Shown here: positions 28,983 to 38,518 of the stretch, in pieces
Numbering within the stretch: position 1 is the stretch's first letter
How the letters are laid out: each line of letters opens with the position of its first letter
Translations under genes and position numbers: made by a program
Notes under the pieces: generated by a model
What the model was told of the DNA's origin: nothing
What the model saw: the letters and a program-made list of their open reading frames with translations, nothing else
Database searches by the model: none
Source: Bacillota bacterium
GTDB lineage: Bacteria; Bacillota_I; Bacilli_A; RFN20; CAG-288
Reading direction: 5' to 3'
Assembly (NCBI GenBank): GCA_023398335.1
Contig: JAEWSJ010000037.1
Span: 2,521 to 66,520 of the forward strand
DNA length: 64,000 nucleotides

Positions 28983-29702
28983 ATGAAAATTAAGTACGTT
29001 TTCTTCGACTGTTGGGATACTGTTATTAACTTTGAAAGACAAGATAAGTACGAAGAAGTAAAGATAATTTATGATCATGTTATCAACAAGGAACTATGCT
29101 CTTTTGAAGAATTATGTGAAGCGCATGAAGCGCTACTTAAAGATTATCATCTTTCGACAAAATTTGAAGTGCCTCAAGACAGAATAATAGCGTATTTAGT
29201 TGAATCAAAAAACTTAAAATTAGATGTATCTTATAAGAAGATTTGTCAACTAAGGACCAAAGCTTGGCGTCCAACATTAATGGAAGGCATAAAAGAATTT
29301 ATAACATTCTTAAAAGATAACAATATAGGTTGTTCAGTTCTTTCAAATACTATACAAACTCAAAAACAAACTGATAAGTATATTCGCAAATTATTTGGAG
29401 AAGATTATCCTTTTGACTTGGTTATTGCTTCTTCGGAATATTGCGTCAAAAAGCCAGATCCAAGATTTTTCTTATTAGGAGCTACAAAAATAGGAGTTGA
29501 TCCTAAAGAATGCATTTATATCGGTGATACGTTTAGAGCTGATATTAGAGGCTCATCTTCTGCTGGTATGCATCCTATCTGGATAAACTGGAAGAAGAAA
29601 GAAACTCCAAAAGATGTTGATGGATTAGATTATCTTGAATTTACTTCCTATAAAGATATGATTAAGTATTTTAAATTAAGCGGGTGTAAATATGAGTTCT
29701 AA
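28983..29702 (+). CDS. HAD-superfamily hydrolase
   Basis: Motif I 'FFDCWDTV', motif II 'VLSNT', motif IV 'GDTFRAD'. Confidence 0.6.
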   Translation: MKIKYVFFDCWDTVINFERQDKYEEVKIIYDHVINKELCSFEELCEAHEALLKDYHLSTKFEVPQDRIIAYLVESKNLKLDVSYKKICQLRTKAWRPTLMEGIKEFITFLKDNNIGCSVLSNTIQTQKQTDKYIRKLFGEDYPFDLVIASSEYCVKKPDPRFFLLGATKIGVDPKECIYIGDTFRADIRGSSSAGMHPIWINWKKKETPKDVDGLDYLEFTSYKDMIKYFKLSGCKYEF

Positions 29703-30438
29703 TCTAAATAAATTAACAGAGGAAATACAGTTTTCTTATTCATATAGAGATGCATACAATAATCCTTTCCCTTCACATATTCTAGAATTATTTCAAGATA
29801 TTGGCTCAGATCACGCTGATAAGTTAGGAGTTGGCTATAATGAAATGGTTAAGAAAAATATTATTTGGGTCATAACTAAAAACCGTTATCACATCTATCA
29901 AGATATGCCTTATGACAATTTAACCTTGACAACCTGGCCATTACAAAAGGGTGCCTTATCATTTGATCGTGAATATGTAATAAAAGACCTAAATTCAAAT
30001 GTTATTGTTAAAGGCACTTCTAAATGGTGTCTTGTTGATATTAACACGCGTAAATTACTGCTCTCAAAAGTAATCGACTACATTGGTATTGAAGATTTTT
30101 GCACCGAGGTTAATTTTGAAGATCCATATGAGAACTTAATGGAATTTGAACATAATGAAGAAAATTATCTAAAATCATTTGATGTTAATTTTTCTCTACT
30201 CGATCATAACTTTCATCTAAATAATACTCATTATGCATCTTTTATCTTAGATTCAATTAAAAATATCAAAGGTAAAAAAATTATTGATTTACAGATAAAT
30301 TACTTAGCTGAATGTAAATTCAACGATGAAATAAAAACTTTCTATAAAGAAGTTGATGAAAACACATTAATGATTGAAGGAATTAGACAAGATGATGTTG
30401 TTTCGTTTCTCTCATTAGTCAAAATTGAATCAATATGA
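29692..30438 (+). CDS. Acyl-ACP thioesterase family protein
   Basis: The pattern 'YSYRDAYNN...LELFQDIGSDHADKLGVGYNEM...IWVITKNRYHI...LTLTTWP' fits the acyl-ACP thioesterase (hotdog) family. Confidence 0.55.
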   Translation: MSSNLNKLTEEIQFSYSYRDAYNNPFPSHILELFQDIGSDHADKLGVGYNEMVKKNIIWVITKNRYHIYQDMPYDNLTLTTWPLQKGALSFDREYVIKDLNSNVIVKGTSKWCLVDINTRKLLLSKVIDYIGIEDFCTEVNFEDPYENLMEFEHNEENYLKSFDVNFSLLDHNFHLNNTHYASFILDSIKNIKGKKIIDLQINYLAECKFNDEIKTFYKEVDENTLMIEGIRQDDVVSFLSLVKIESI

Positions 30439-30832
30439 TAAAATAAATAAAAGGAGTCTATTTATGAATAACTTTAGCGACAAAATGAAAAAAAGATTTA
30501 ATTCTTTCACAACAGAAAATTATATTATCTTTGCCATCGAACTTATACTTGCTGTAACTTTTATATATTTTACAATAAATTTATGGATTAGAATTAAATT
30601 AGGAATCACATTCTTTGGAGAAAAATTTAAAGCCTATGAAATAGTAGTCTCAGTTTTAGTAACTTTGCTTTCTATTATGATGGTAGCAATACTTATTTAT
30701 GAGATATGCTTTAAAGATTTTGAAAAAGAAAAGAACATTGATAAAAAAATTATCAAAAACGGTCATGTTATTACCGTTGAAAAAGTAGATGAAGACAAAG
30801 AAGAAAACAAGAACAAAGAAACAGATGATTAA
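30425..30832 (+). CDS. Small membrane protein (hypothetical)
   Basis: Two TM helices and a K/E-rich tail. Confidence 0.35.
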   Translation: MNQYDKINKRSLFMNNFSDKMKKRFNSFTTENYIIFAIELILAVTFIYFTINLWIRIKLGITFFGEKFKAYEIVVSVLVTLLSIMMVAILIYEICFKDFEKEKNIDKKIIKNGHVITVEKVDEDKEENKNKETDD

Positions 30833-30839
30833 AAATTTT

Positions 30840-30866
30840 AAGGGATGTTAATTCAATCCCTTTTTT
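30840..30866 (+). terminator. Intrinsic terminator
   Basis: AGGGAT-gttaattca-ATCCCT followed by T6. Confidence 0.5.
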
Positions 30867-30934
30867 GATAATATTTGATGATATTAGTTATGTATTAAGA
30901 TATAATTATTATAGTTTAGAAAGAGAGATACACA

Positions 30935-31873
30935 ATGTCAAATCAAAAAATTAGTGCTTACAAATCCTTAGAACTTGGAAAAGAAGAAGTTGCAAAAGTA
31001 ACAGAAGAAGAACTTCAAGGCGAAATTAATAAATTAGTTACTCAACAAACAAAATTAGAACCAAAAGAAGGAAAATCAGTTAATGGAGATACTGTTAATA
31101 TTGATTTTGAAGGCTTTGTTGATGGAGTAGCTTTTGATGGTGGAAAAGCTGAAAAATTCGATCTCGAATTAGGTTCAAATACTTTTATTCCTGGTTTTGA
31201 GGATCAATTAGTTGGATTAGTTAAAGGCGATGAAAAAGATGTAGTTGTTAAATTCCCAGAGAACTATCAAGCTGAAAATTTAAAAGGCAAAGAAGCCACA
31301 TTCAAATGTAAAGTTAACGAAGTTAAAGTTAAAAAAGAAGCTCAATTCAACGATGAATTAGCAAAATCATTGGGATTAAATAATGTTGATGAATTAAAAG
31401 AAAATATCAATAAGAATTTATTACTACAACACGAACAACATGCAAACAATGCATATTTATCAAAAGTCTGCAATCATATTGCTGAAAACAGCGATATTGA
31501 TATTGAAGAAAAAGACACTGATGCAAGAGTCGAAAATATTATTGAGTATTACAAACAAAATATGGCTCAATACGGCTCAACTTTAGATCAATTCTTAGAA
31601 ATGAGTGGTAAAACACTAGATGAATTCAAAAAAGAATTACGTCAAGAAGCTGTTAATTCTCTTAAAGTAGACCGTATCTTCGATTACATCAGAGATGAAG
31701 AAGGTTTGACTGCAACAGAAAAAGAAATTGATGATGAATGTAAAGCTATTCAAGCTCATTATCACATTACTGATGAACAACTCGCTAAATTTAAAGAAGA
31801 AAGAAGCGAAGACATCAAAGCTGAAATCGCTCGTCAAAAAATCTGCGAATTCTTAATCAAAAACAACAAGTAA
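30935..31873 (+). CDS. Trigger-factor-like protein lacking the N-terminal ribosome-binding domain (FKBP PPIase + C-terminal chaperone domains only)
   Basis: '[41 protein letters not shown]...[14 protein letters not shown]' aligns to the TF PPIase domain. The C-terminal helical domain follows. The N-terminal GFRxGxxP domain is absent; 312 aa. Confidence 0.6.
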   Translation: MSNQKISAYKSLELGKEEVAKVTEEELQGEINKLVTQQTKLEPKEGKSVNGDTVNIDFEGFVDGVAFDGGKAEKFDLELGSNTFIPGFEDQLVGLVKGDEKDVVVKFPENYQAENLKGKEATFKCKVNEVKVKKEAQFNDELAKSLGLNNVDELKENINKNLLLQHEQHANNAYLSKVCNHIAENSDIDIEEKDTDARVENIIEYYKQNMAQYGSTLDQFLEMSGKTLDEFKKELRQEAVNSLKVDRIFDYIRDEEGLTATEKEIDDECKAIQAHYHITDEQLAKFKEERSEDIKAEIARQKICEFLIKNNK

Positions 31874-31883
31874 TCAAATAAAA

Positions 31884-31915
31884 AACATATCAATTTTACA
31901 ATGATATGTTTTTTT
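31884..31915. terminator. Bidirectional intrinsic terminator (tig-like / spoU-like convergent)
   Basis: A perfect 9-bp stem AACATATCA / TGATATGTT with A5 on one side and T6 on the other. Confidence 0.65.
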
Positions 31916-31924
31916 ATGTGCTTA

Positions 31925-32626
31925 TTAATGTTTAAACTCGTATAACGCTACAACAACCGCGGTTGCAAGATTTAATGAATCAACATCGTTTGATTGTTCA
32001 ATTTTTACTGAATGTTCATTTGCAAAATCATCGCATAATCCGGTTGCTTCATTTCCAAATACTAAAGCGTAGTTATCATTATTTGGTTTGTCTATTTGCT
32101 TCAAGAAATGTGCTGATTTTAACATAAATGGATAATAATCTCTTGGATATTTTTTTAGATATTCATCAAATGAAGCAAATGTTTCTTGTCGTATTGAAAA
32201 AAAAGCACCCATACTAGATCTAATTACTTTAGGATTAAACCTATCACCTGAAGGAACAATTATAGCTAAATCGCGATAATCAAAAGCTAACATACTTCTC
32301 ATAATGTTACCTATATTTCCTTGATCTGATGGATTTACAAGAACTACATGCGATTTATTTTTATCTAGTGCTTCGTAATATTTTTTAAATACTCCGATAA
32401 CATGGTCATTTCCTTTTTCTTTTAATTTATCAAAAATCTTTTCGGAAATAATAATCTTGTCTGCTGAAACAATGGAAGATAATTTTTTGTATCCTTCTGA
32501 TTCCAACGCCGATTCCGAAACGTAAATATACATAAGTTCATTCTTATGATATTTAAGAAGTTCAAACGTTGGATAAAAGCCTAATGTGTAAGAATAATCA
32601 TATTCTTTTTTATATTGTTTAATCAT
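31925..32626 (-). CDS. SpoU/TrmH-family RNA 2'-O-methyltransferase (SPOUT)
   Basis: 'NIGNIMRSMLAF' and 'VFGNEATGL' SPOUT motifs. Confidence 0.7.
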   Translation of the reverse strand: MIKQYKKEYDYSYTLGFYPTFELLKYHKNELMYIYVSESALESEGYKKLSSIVSADKIIISEKIFDKLKEKGNDHVIGVFKKYYEALDKNKSHVVLVNPSDQGNIGNIMRSMLAFDYRDLAIIVPSGDRFNPKVIRSSMGAFFSIRQETFASFDEYLKKYPRDYYPFMLKSAHFLKQIDKPNNDNYALVFGNEATGLCDDFANEHSVKIEQSNDVDSLNLATAVVVALYEFKH

Positions 32627-32648
32627 AGTTAAATTATATAATCATTCA

Positions 32649-32680
32649 CAAAAAAATCCAACCCTTACGAGTTGGATAAT
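32649..32680 (-). terminator. Intrinsic terminator of the rpsF-ssb-rpsR operon
   Basis: On the minus strand, ATCCAAC-tcgtaagg-GTTGGAT followed by T6. Confidence 0.6.
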
Positions 32681-32687
32681 AATAAAA

Positions 32688-32915
32688 TTAGTCAGCGATA
32701 TATGGTAATAAGGCCATGAATCTAGCGCGTTTGATAGCGACAGCAAGCATACGTTGATATTTAGCGGATGTTCCTGTGATTCTACGACTTGTGATTTTAC
32801 CAGATGGAGAGATAAATTTTTTCAATAAATCTACATCTTTGTAATCAATAGTCTTAATCTTATTTTTTGTAAAGTAACAAATCTTTTTTCTAGGTTTTGC
32901 TCTTTTATTAAACAT
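32688..32915 (-). CDS. rpsR: 30S ribosomal protein S18
   Basis: '[24 protein letters not shown]...GKI..RRITG' is the S18 signature. Conserved rpsF-ssb-rpsR order. Confidence 0.9.
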   Translation of the reverse strand: MFNKRAKPRKKICYFTKNKIKTIDYKDVDLLKKFISPSGKITSRRITGTSAKYQRMLAVAIKRARFMALLPYIAD

Positions 32916-32932
32916 AGATGATATTTTCCTTT

Positions 32933-33352
32933 CTAGAATGGAAGAGAATCATCGGTTGTATCAATACCTTCTATTGGTTGATCATCAACTGGCTCGGCAG
33001 CGGATGAAGACATATTTGAAGAATCATTGCCATTTCCCTTCTTTTCCAAGAATTGAACAGAATCAGCAATTACTTCTACTACATTAACATTACGACCATC
33101 TTTTGATTGATATTGTCTTTGGTTTAAACGACCATCGACACCGATTAGGCTTCCCTTTTTCATATACTTGGCGACATTATTAGCGGTCGCATTCCAAGCT
33201 GTGCATGGAATAAAACTTGTGCTTTTCTCGCCATTAGATTTAGGACGATTATCGACAGCAACGGTGAAAGTAACGACTGAACTGTCATTTAGCGTCTTTC
33301 TTAATTCTGGATCTCTTACGAGTCTTCCAACGATTACTACTCTATTTATCAT
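32933..33352 (-). CDS. ssb: Single-stranded DNA-binding protein
   Basis: '[18 protein letters not shown]' OB-fold start. The acidic C-terminal tail ends 'DDSLPF'. Confidence 0.9.
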   Translation of the reverse strand: MINRVVIVGRLVRDPELRKTLNDSSVVTFTVAVDNRPKSNGEKSTSFIPCTAWNATANNVAKYMKKGSLIGVDGRLNQRQYQSKDGRNVNVVEVIADSVQFLEKKGNGNDSSNMSSSAAEPVDDQPIEGIDTTDDSLPF

Positions 33353-33372
33353 TTAATTTACTCCTTCAGTAA

Positions 33373-33660
33373 TTATTCTGAAACAGTGATTAAATAACGT
33401 AAGACGTTTGCATCGATTCTGACTAATCTATCAAATTCATTGATAGCTTTTGTGTCTTCAGCTTCGATTTTAACGACGACATAATAACCCTTTTTTTCCT
33501 TCTTGATATCATAAGCAAGATCTTTAAGACCCCATTCATTAACATCAACAATCTTAGCTCCATTGCTGGAAAGAATTGTTTGAAGGGATGCGATGGCAGC
33601 TTTTGTGCCTTCAGCATCTAATTCAGGTTTAAGTATGTACATGATTTCGTATTTTTTCAT
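33373..33660 (-). CDS. rpsF: 30S ribosomal protein S6
   Basis: 'MKKYEIMYILKPELD' is the S6 N-terminus. Start placed at the internal Met, which has a GGGAGGTG RBS. Confidence 0.9.
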   Translation of the reverse strand: MKKYEIMYILKPELDAEGTKAAIASLQTILSSNGAKIVDVNEWGLKDLAYDIKKEKKGYYVVVKIEAEDTKAINEFDRLVRIDANVLRYLITVSE

Positions 33661-33740
33661 AGTGCACCTCCCTGTGGACATCGGCCACCTACTTTTAAGT
33701 GGCAGAGAGAATAGTTTCTTTCACCAAACTATACCTTGAA
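33661..33740 (-). promoter_or_regulatory. Structured 5' leader of the rpsF operon (candidate S6:S18 autoregulatory element)
   Basis: Stacked hairpins immediately upstream of the RBS: AGTTT-ggtgaaag-AAACT and GCCAC-ttaaaagtag-GTGGC / GTGGccgatgtCCAC. Confidence 0.35.
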
Positions 33741-33741
33741 T

Positions 33742-33770
33742 ATCATACGCTAATCACGTTGCAAAGTCAA
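33742..33770 (-). promoter_or_regulatory. Sigma-70 promoter of the rpsF operon
   Basis: On the minus strand: TTGACT, 17-bp spacer, then TATGAT. Confidence 0.45.
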
Positions 33771-34081
33771 AGGTTTTTAATCTTTGTTTCATTCTAAATA
33801 TACTATACTACATTCCTTATTTAATTTGAAAATTTAACAGGCTTTTATAATAAAAAAAGTTAGATTTATCAATAATCAGTTGTAATAAAATATTCTTTTT
33901 ACCGAAGTTCCTCCTAAGTATCTTTATATATTATTACATCTATCAATTCAATATCTTGACCATTTTTGTAGACTTAATATAGTAAAAGTATAGAAAATCT
34001 TTAAATACTTGTTTTTTTGCTTTAATATATACTTCACTTTTGTTATTTTATCGTCAATTTCTAACTATTTATCCCTTTAAA

Positions 34082-34110
34082 TTGACTAGCAATTTTTTTG
34101 AATATATAAT
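34082..34110 (+). promoter_or_regulatory. Consensus sigma-70 promoter of trpS
   Basis: TTGACT, 17-bp spacer, then TATAAT. The -10 element ends 23 nt upstream of the ATG, and an AGGAG RBS lies between them. Confidence 0.55.
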
Positions 34111-34133
34111 AATCAAAGTTAGGAGATTTTTAT

Positions 34134-35129
34134 ATGTCAAGAGTATTAAGTGGAGTTAAGCCAACCGGCAAAATGACTCTCGGTAATTATATAGGTTCGT
34201 TTAGAAATTTTAAGGAGTTTCAGGACTCAAATGAAACATATATCTTTGTTGCAGACTTGCACGCTTTAACAAAACCAATTGAGCCAAAAGATTTGAAAGC
34301 AACAACATACGATATCATTTCTTTTTATCTTGCAGCTGGATTAGATCCAAACAAATGTGTATTATTTAAACAATCAGATATCGCTGAAGTTGCGATGTTG
34401 AATACCATTTTAGTTAACTACATTTATATGGGTGAATTAAGTAGAATGACTCAATACAAAGATAACGTTGCTAAATCAAGTGGTAAAGAAATCGGGTGTG
34501 GTATTTTTACCTATCCAGTTTTAATGGCTGCTGATTTATTTATGTACGATACTGAATTATGTCCTGTCGGTGAAGATCAACGTCAACACGTTGAATTAGC
34601 GCATGATATTGCAAGACGTTTTAACTCACGTTATAAAGGTGATTTCTTAAAGCTACCTAAATCAATCGTTCCTAAGACAGGTAAACGTATTATGTCATTA
34701 TCTGACCCAACACGTAAAATGTCAAAGTCTGATAAAGCTGATGAACAAAAAGGTGTTATATATTTACAAGATGATGAAAAAACAATTAGAAAAAAAATCA
34801 TGTCAGCAGTAACTGATTCTGATATGTTAGTAAAATACGACCCAATAAATAAACCTGGAGTATCCAATTTACTAATGATTTACGCTGCAATGAAAAACAT
34901 TGAAATTGAATATGCCGAAAAACAATTTGTAGGTGCTAATTATGGCACATTCAAAAAAGCAGTTGCTGACGCTGTTATGGATGAATTGAAACCATTCCAA
35001 GATCGTTTCAACACTTATAGACAAGATGAAAAAAATCTAAATAGAATTTTTGCAAATGGTGCGGATAAAGCTCGTGTCATTGCTAAAAATGTATTAGATA
35101 GAGTTATGAAGGTTGTAGGTCTTCGCTAA
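34134..35129 (+). CDS. trpS: Tryptophan--tRNA ligase
   Basis: Class I motifs: 'GVKPTGKMTLGNYIG' (HIGH-like) and 'KMSKS'. Overall TrpRS similarity. Confidence 0.9.
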   Translation: MSRVLSGVKPTGKMTLGNYIGSFRNFKEFQDSNETYIFVADLHALTKPIEPKDLKATTYDIISFYLAAGLDPNKCVLFKQSDIAEVAMLNTILVNYIYMGELSRMTQYKDNVAKSSGKEIGCGIFTYPVLMAADLFMYDTELCPVGEDQRQHVELAHDIARRFNSRYKGDFLKLPKSIVPKTGKRIMSLSDPTRKMSKSDKADEQKGVIYLQDDEKTIRKKIMSAVTDSDMLVKYDPINKPGVSNLLMIYAAMKNIEIEYAEKQFVGANYGTFKKAVADAVMDELKPFQDRFNTYRQDEKNLNRIFANGADKARVIAKNVLDRVMKVVGLR

Positions 35130-35130
35130 A

Positions 35131-35943
35131 ATGTCTTTTAAGAAAAAACTTATATGTATCGATATGGATGGCACTCTTTTAACAAACGATAATAAAATAA
35201 CTGACAAAACAAAAAACTACTTACGTGATTTACAAACAAAAGGACACTATATCGTTATTACCTCTGGTAGGCCATATCGTGCTATCAAAGATTATTATAA
35301 TTCTATTGGATTAACCACTCCTGTAATATGTGGAAATGGAGCTAATATTGTACTTCCAAAAAGTAATAAAGTACTATTTTCAATTAAATATCCAACCGAA
35401 CTTATTTATAAAACATTAAAAGAAATAGGTATAAATAACTTCGAGAACATTATGGTTGAAGATGATTTAAATAATCTTTATATGTTAAATGAAGGAAAGT
35501 CAATGGACACATTTAATTATAAAGATGGAATGAATGTTCATTATGGAGATATGACAAATAAGATTGAAGGAACTCCAACAGGAGTAATATTTGAATTAAA
35601 AAATTCGAAATATAAAGCTAAGATGATGAAACTTTGTTATTCATATAGTAATATAGGACTCCGTTTTTGGGAAAATTCAAATTTTGGCGAACTATATTTT
35701 ACTTCAGTAAACAAACACACCGCCATCTGTGAAGTCGCTGATTTACTCGGAATAAATAAAGATAATACTATTTGCTTTGGTGATGCTGCTAACGATATTG
35801 AAATGATAGATAAAGCTGGCATTGGAGTAAGTATGATTAACGGAGAAAGATCAGTAAAGAATTATTCTTCACTTTGTTCTCTTGAAGATAATAACCATGA
35901 TGGAGTAATTGAAACTTTAAAACTGCTACTTGCTGCAAATTAA
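35131..35943 (+). CDS. Cof-type HAD-IIB phosphatase
   Basis: 'LICIDMDGTLL' motif I, 'GDAANDIEM' motif IV, and the Cof cap domain. Confidence 0.75.
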   Translation: MSFKKKLICIDMDGTLLTNDNKITDKTKNYLRDLQTKGHYIVITSGRPYRAIKDYYNSIGLTTPVICGNGANIVLPKSNKVLFSIKYPTELIYKTLKEIGINNFENIMVEDDLNNLYMLNEGKSMDTFNYKDGMNVHYGDMTNKIEGTPTGVIFELKNSKYKAKMMKLCYSYSNIGLRFWENSNFGELYFTSVNKHTAICEVADLLGINKDNTICFGDAANDIEMIDKAGIGVSMINGERSVKNYSSLCSLEDNNHDGVIETLKLLLAAN

Positions 35944-35950
35944 GAACAAT

Positions 35951-35990
35951 AAAAAATCCTCGAGTTGTAATTCAATTTCGAGGATTTTTT
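35951..35990. terminator. Bidirectional intrinsic terminator (cof / pgm convergent)
   Basis: AAAAAATCCTCGA...TCGAGGATTTTTT: a perfect 13-bp stem including the A/T runs. Confidence 0.7.
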
Positions 35991-36007
35991 TATGTTATTT
36001 ATCTTAC

Positions 36008-37732
36008 TTATTTATTAAGTTTTAATAACTTAAGAATATCAGCGTGGAACATATCAGGTTTACCACTGGCATTTTCTCTAACTGTGTCAACAGCTTCATA
36101 GTAGAATTTACATTTTGGTTCTGTGCCGGAAGGTCTTATTGCGAACCATGAGCCATCAGAGAGATAGTATTTTAAGACATCGCTCTTTGGTAAATGGTTT
36201 AAGATAATTTTCTTACCGTTCTCAAATCTAACTTGTAAAAGATAATCCTCGACAGCAACTACATCAATATTAGCGACTACTGTAAGTTGATCTTTTCTAA
36301 GTGTGGACATAATATTTTGCATATCTTTCAAACCGGATTGACCTGGGAAATAAATGTTGAATAATTTACAAATATGATAACCATATTTTTGATATAACTC
36401 TTCAAGTTTTTGGTCTAATCTAATTCCTTCAAGAAGATAATGATTTGTCATTTCTGCAACCATTAATAAAGCTTCTAGAGAATCTTTATCACGGCAAAAA
36501 TCTTTAAATAAATAGCCGTATGATTCTTCATAACCAAATTCATAATGGTGTTTTCTTGGAGATTCAGTATTAATATTCTGAATAGCATCACCAATGAATT
36601 TAAATCCAGTTAAGAATGATTGTGATTCAATTCCATAATTAGCAGCAATTTTTTCACCTAACAAAGAAGTAACAATCGTATCGCATAATACACCATCTTT
36701 ATGTAATAAACCTAGTTTCTTTCTTTGAGATAAAACATAATCAATTAATAAAGCACCAGATTGATTGCCTGTATGTAATACATATTCACCTTTGGAATCT
36801 AAGAAACCAACGCCAACTCTGTCCGCATCTGGATCAGTAGTAAGAATTAAATCAGCATTAACTTTCTTTGCTAATTCAATAGCTTTAATATACGCTTCTT
36901 TATTTTCTGGGTTTGGTGAAACTGTGTTGCTAAAAAGTGGGTCTGGATTGCATTGCTCAACTACCGGATATAACTCATAGCCTAACTCTTTTAACAATCT
37001 GCAGCCAATAACAGATGAAGTTCCGTGTTGAGGAGTAAAAACAATTTTGATTATTTTTTTCTCATCCTTATTCAACGAGCAAGTTTTAACCGCACTAATA
37101 AAATCATTGTCCATCTTAGCATCGAAAACAGTTTCAACACCAGCTGTTGAATCTTTTTTATATGATAATGATATTTCATCGCCTAAATTGTTAATTATGT
37201 CCAATAAAATATCTGCTTTCCATGGAATTAATTGGCAGCCATTTTCATCGTAGACTTTATATCCATTGTATTCTTTAGGATTATGTGAAGCAGTAATCAT
37301 TATTCCACCGACTGAATTAGCTTCTCTTACTGCAAATGATAATTCTGGAGTTGGTCTTAATGAATCAAAGATAAATGTATTGATTCCTAATTCGTTCAAT
37401 AACTTGCTTGATTCAGTAACAAACAAACGTGAATTTGTTCTGTTATCATGAGATAACACTATGCCACGTTTTTTTCCTTCTTCTCCAAATTGCTTAATGA
37501 TATATAAGCCAAAACCCAATGTAGCTTTTTTAACTGTTAAAATGTTCATTCTGTTAGATCCAGCACCTAAGACACCTCTTAAGCCTCCCGTACCAAACTC
37601 CAATGAACGATAAAACATATCGTTAATCTGTTCGGAAGAAGCGTGGCGAATCTCGTCTTTTAGATCTTCTGGAACAACTGAACTATCGAGCCATAATTTA
37701 CTTTTTTCTATACTTGTCATAATATACCTCAC
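36008..37732 (-). CDS. Phosphoglucomutase / phosphomannomutase (alpha-D-phosphohexomutase)
   Basis: Active-site 'TASHNPKEYNGYKV'. Four-domain PGM/PMM architecture; 574 aa. Confidence 0.8.
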   Translation of the reverse strand: MRYIMTSIEKSKLWLDSSVVPEDLKDEIRHASSEQINDMFYRSLEFGTGGLRGVLGAGSNRMNILTVKKATLGFGLYIIKQFGEEGKKRGIVLSHDNRTNSRLFVTESSKLLNELGINTFIFDSLRPTPELSFAVREANSVGGIMITASHNPKEYNGYKVYDENGCQLIPWKADILLDIINNLGDEISLSYKKDSTAGVETVFDAKMDNDFISAVKTCSLNKDEKKIIKIVFTPQHGTSSVIGCRLLKELGYELYPVVEQCNPDPLFSNTVSPNPENKEAYIKAIELAKKVNADLILTTDPDADRVGVGFLDSKGEYVLHTGNQSGALLIDYVLSQRKKLGLLHKDGVLCDTIVTSLLGEKIAANYGIESQSFLTGFKFIGDAIQNINTESPRKHHYEFGYEESYGYLFKDFCRDKDSLEALLMVAEMTNHYLLEGIRLDQKLEELYQKYGYHICKLFNIYFPGQSGLKDMQNIMSTLRKDQLTVVANIDVVAVEDYLLQVRFENGKKIILNHLPKSDVLKYYLSDGSWFAIRPSGTEPKCKFYYEAVDTVRENASGKPDMFHADILKLLKLNK

Positions 37733-37763
37733 TTTTTTATTATACCATATACACTAATAATTT

Positions 37764-38516
37764 TTATCTATTCAAATCATCCGAAGCCAACTTTTCAACT
37801 AAGTTATTTAGCAATGCTTTTTGATTCGAATCTTCCAATTTATCATGGAAGCTGACAATAGCTTTAAACTTGCTCACAATATTATCATAGCCGTTAATAT
37901 CAAGCCAACAATATATCAATTGGTTATCTTCGAACTTCGAGGCAAATGAGAATAAATCAGATAAATCCATGTGGGATGAAAAGAATAATTTAGGTGAATC
38001 ATACACTTTCTTTTCGTATACCAATGACTTGGTATTTGCTAAAGAAAATGCTAAATACCAATAGGCATAGTTAGAATTCTCTAAAGCTTTCTTTTCTGCG
38101 TTCTTTACGACATCGTAAATATCTTTCATAATCTTATCTTCACCTTGAATTTCCATATATTCACTAAGTAGGTGGTACACTAATAAGTCTTTAAGATAGA
38201 CATCAATAATAGGGCCATATTGAAGCATTGTTGTTCCAAGTTCTTGATAATTTTCAAAGATAAAACCATGGTAACGAAGTTTCATATATGGATTTAATAT
38301 ATAAGACGCTTTAAAAAGGAATACATCTGAGATATATCCTAGTTTTTTTAAAGCAACAATCTTATCATACTTATCTTTATCTTCACTTTGAATTGTAGAT
38401 AAAAAAGATTTATCTTCAAAAAGTTCATTAAACCAGCCCGGATATTTATAGATATCCTTCCCTAATGAAAGTAAATCATCATAGTAGATTTTATTAGATA
38501 AATATATTCGTTCCAT
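37764..38516 (-). CDS. Hypothetical protein (soluble, about 250 aa)
   Basis: The ORF has no recognisable motifs. Start moved to the Met at 38516 (TAATTATG junction with the upstream gene). Confidence 0.35.
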   Translation of the reverse strand: MERIYLSNKIYYDDLLSLGKDIYKYPGWFNELFEDKSFLSTIQSEDKDKYDKIVALKKLGYISDVFLFKASYILNPYMKLRYHGFIFENYQELGTTMLQYGPIIDVYLKDLLVYHLLSEYMEIQGEDKIMKDIYDVVKNAEKKALENSNYAYWYLAFSLANTKSLVYEKKVYDSPKLFFSSHMDLSDLFSFASKFEDNQLIYCWLDINGYDNIVSKFKAIVSFHDKLEDSNQKALLNNLVEKLASDDLNR

Positions 38517-38518
38517 AA

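Noticed and set aside
28890-29078. 62-aa minus-strand ORF overlapping the HAD gene start
   Set aside because: It overlaps the promoter and 5' end of a supported gene, and has no RBS or conserved motif.
33771-34081. T-box riboswitch upstream of trpS
   Set aside because: No GGGTGG/ACCGCG T-box core or specifier-loop architecture was found on either strand. Only a consensus promoter is present.
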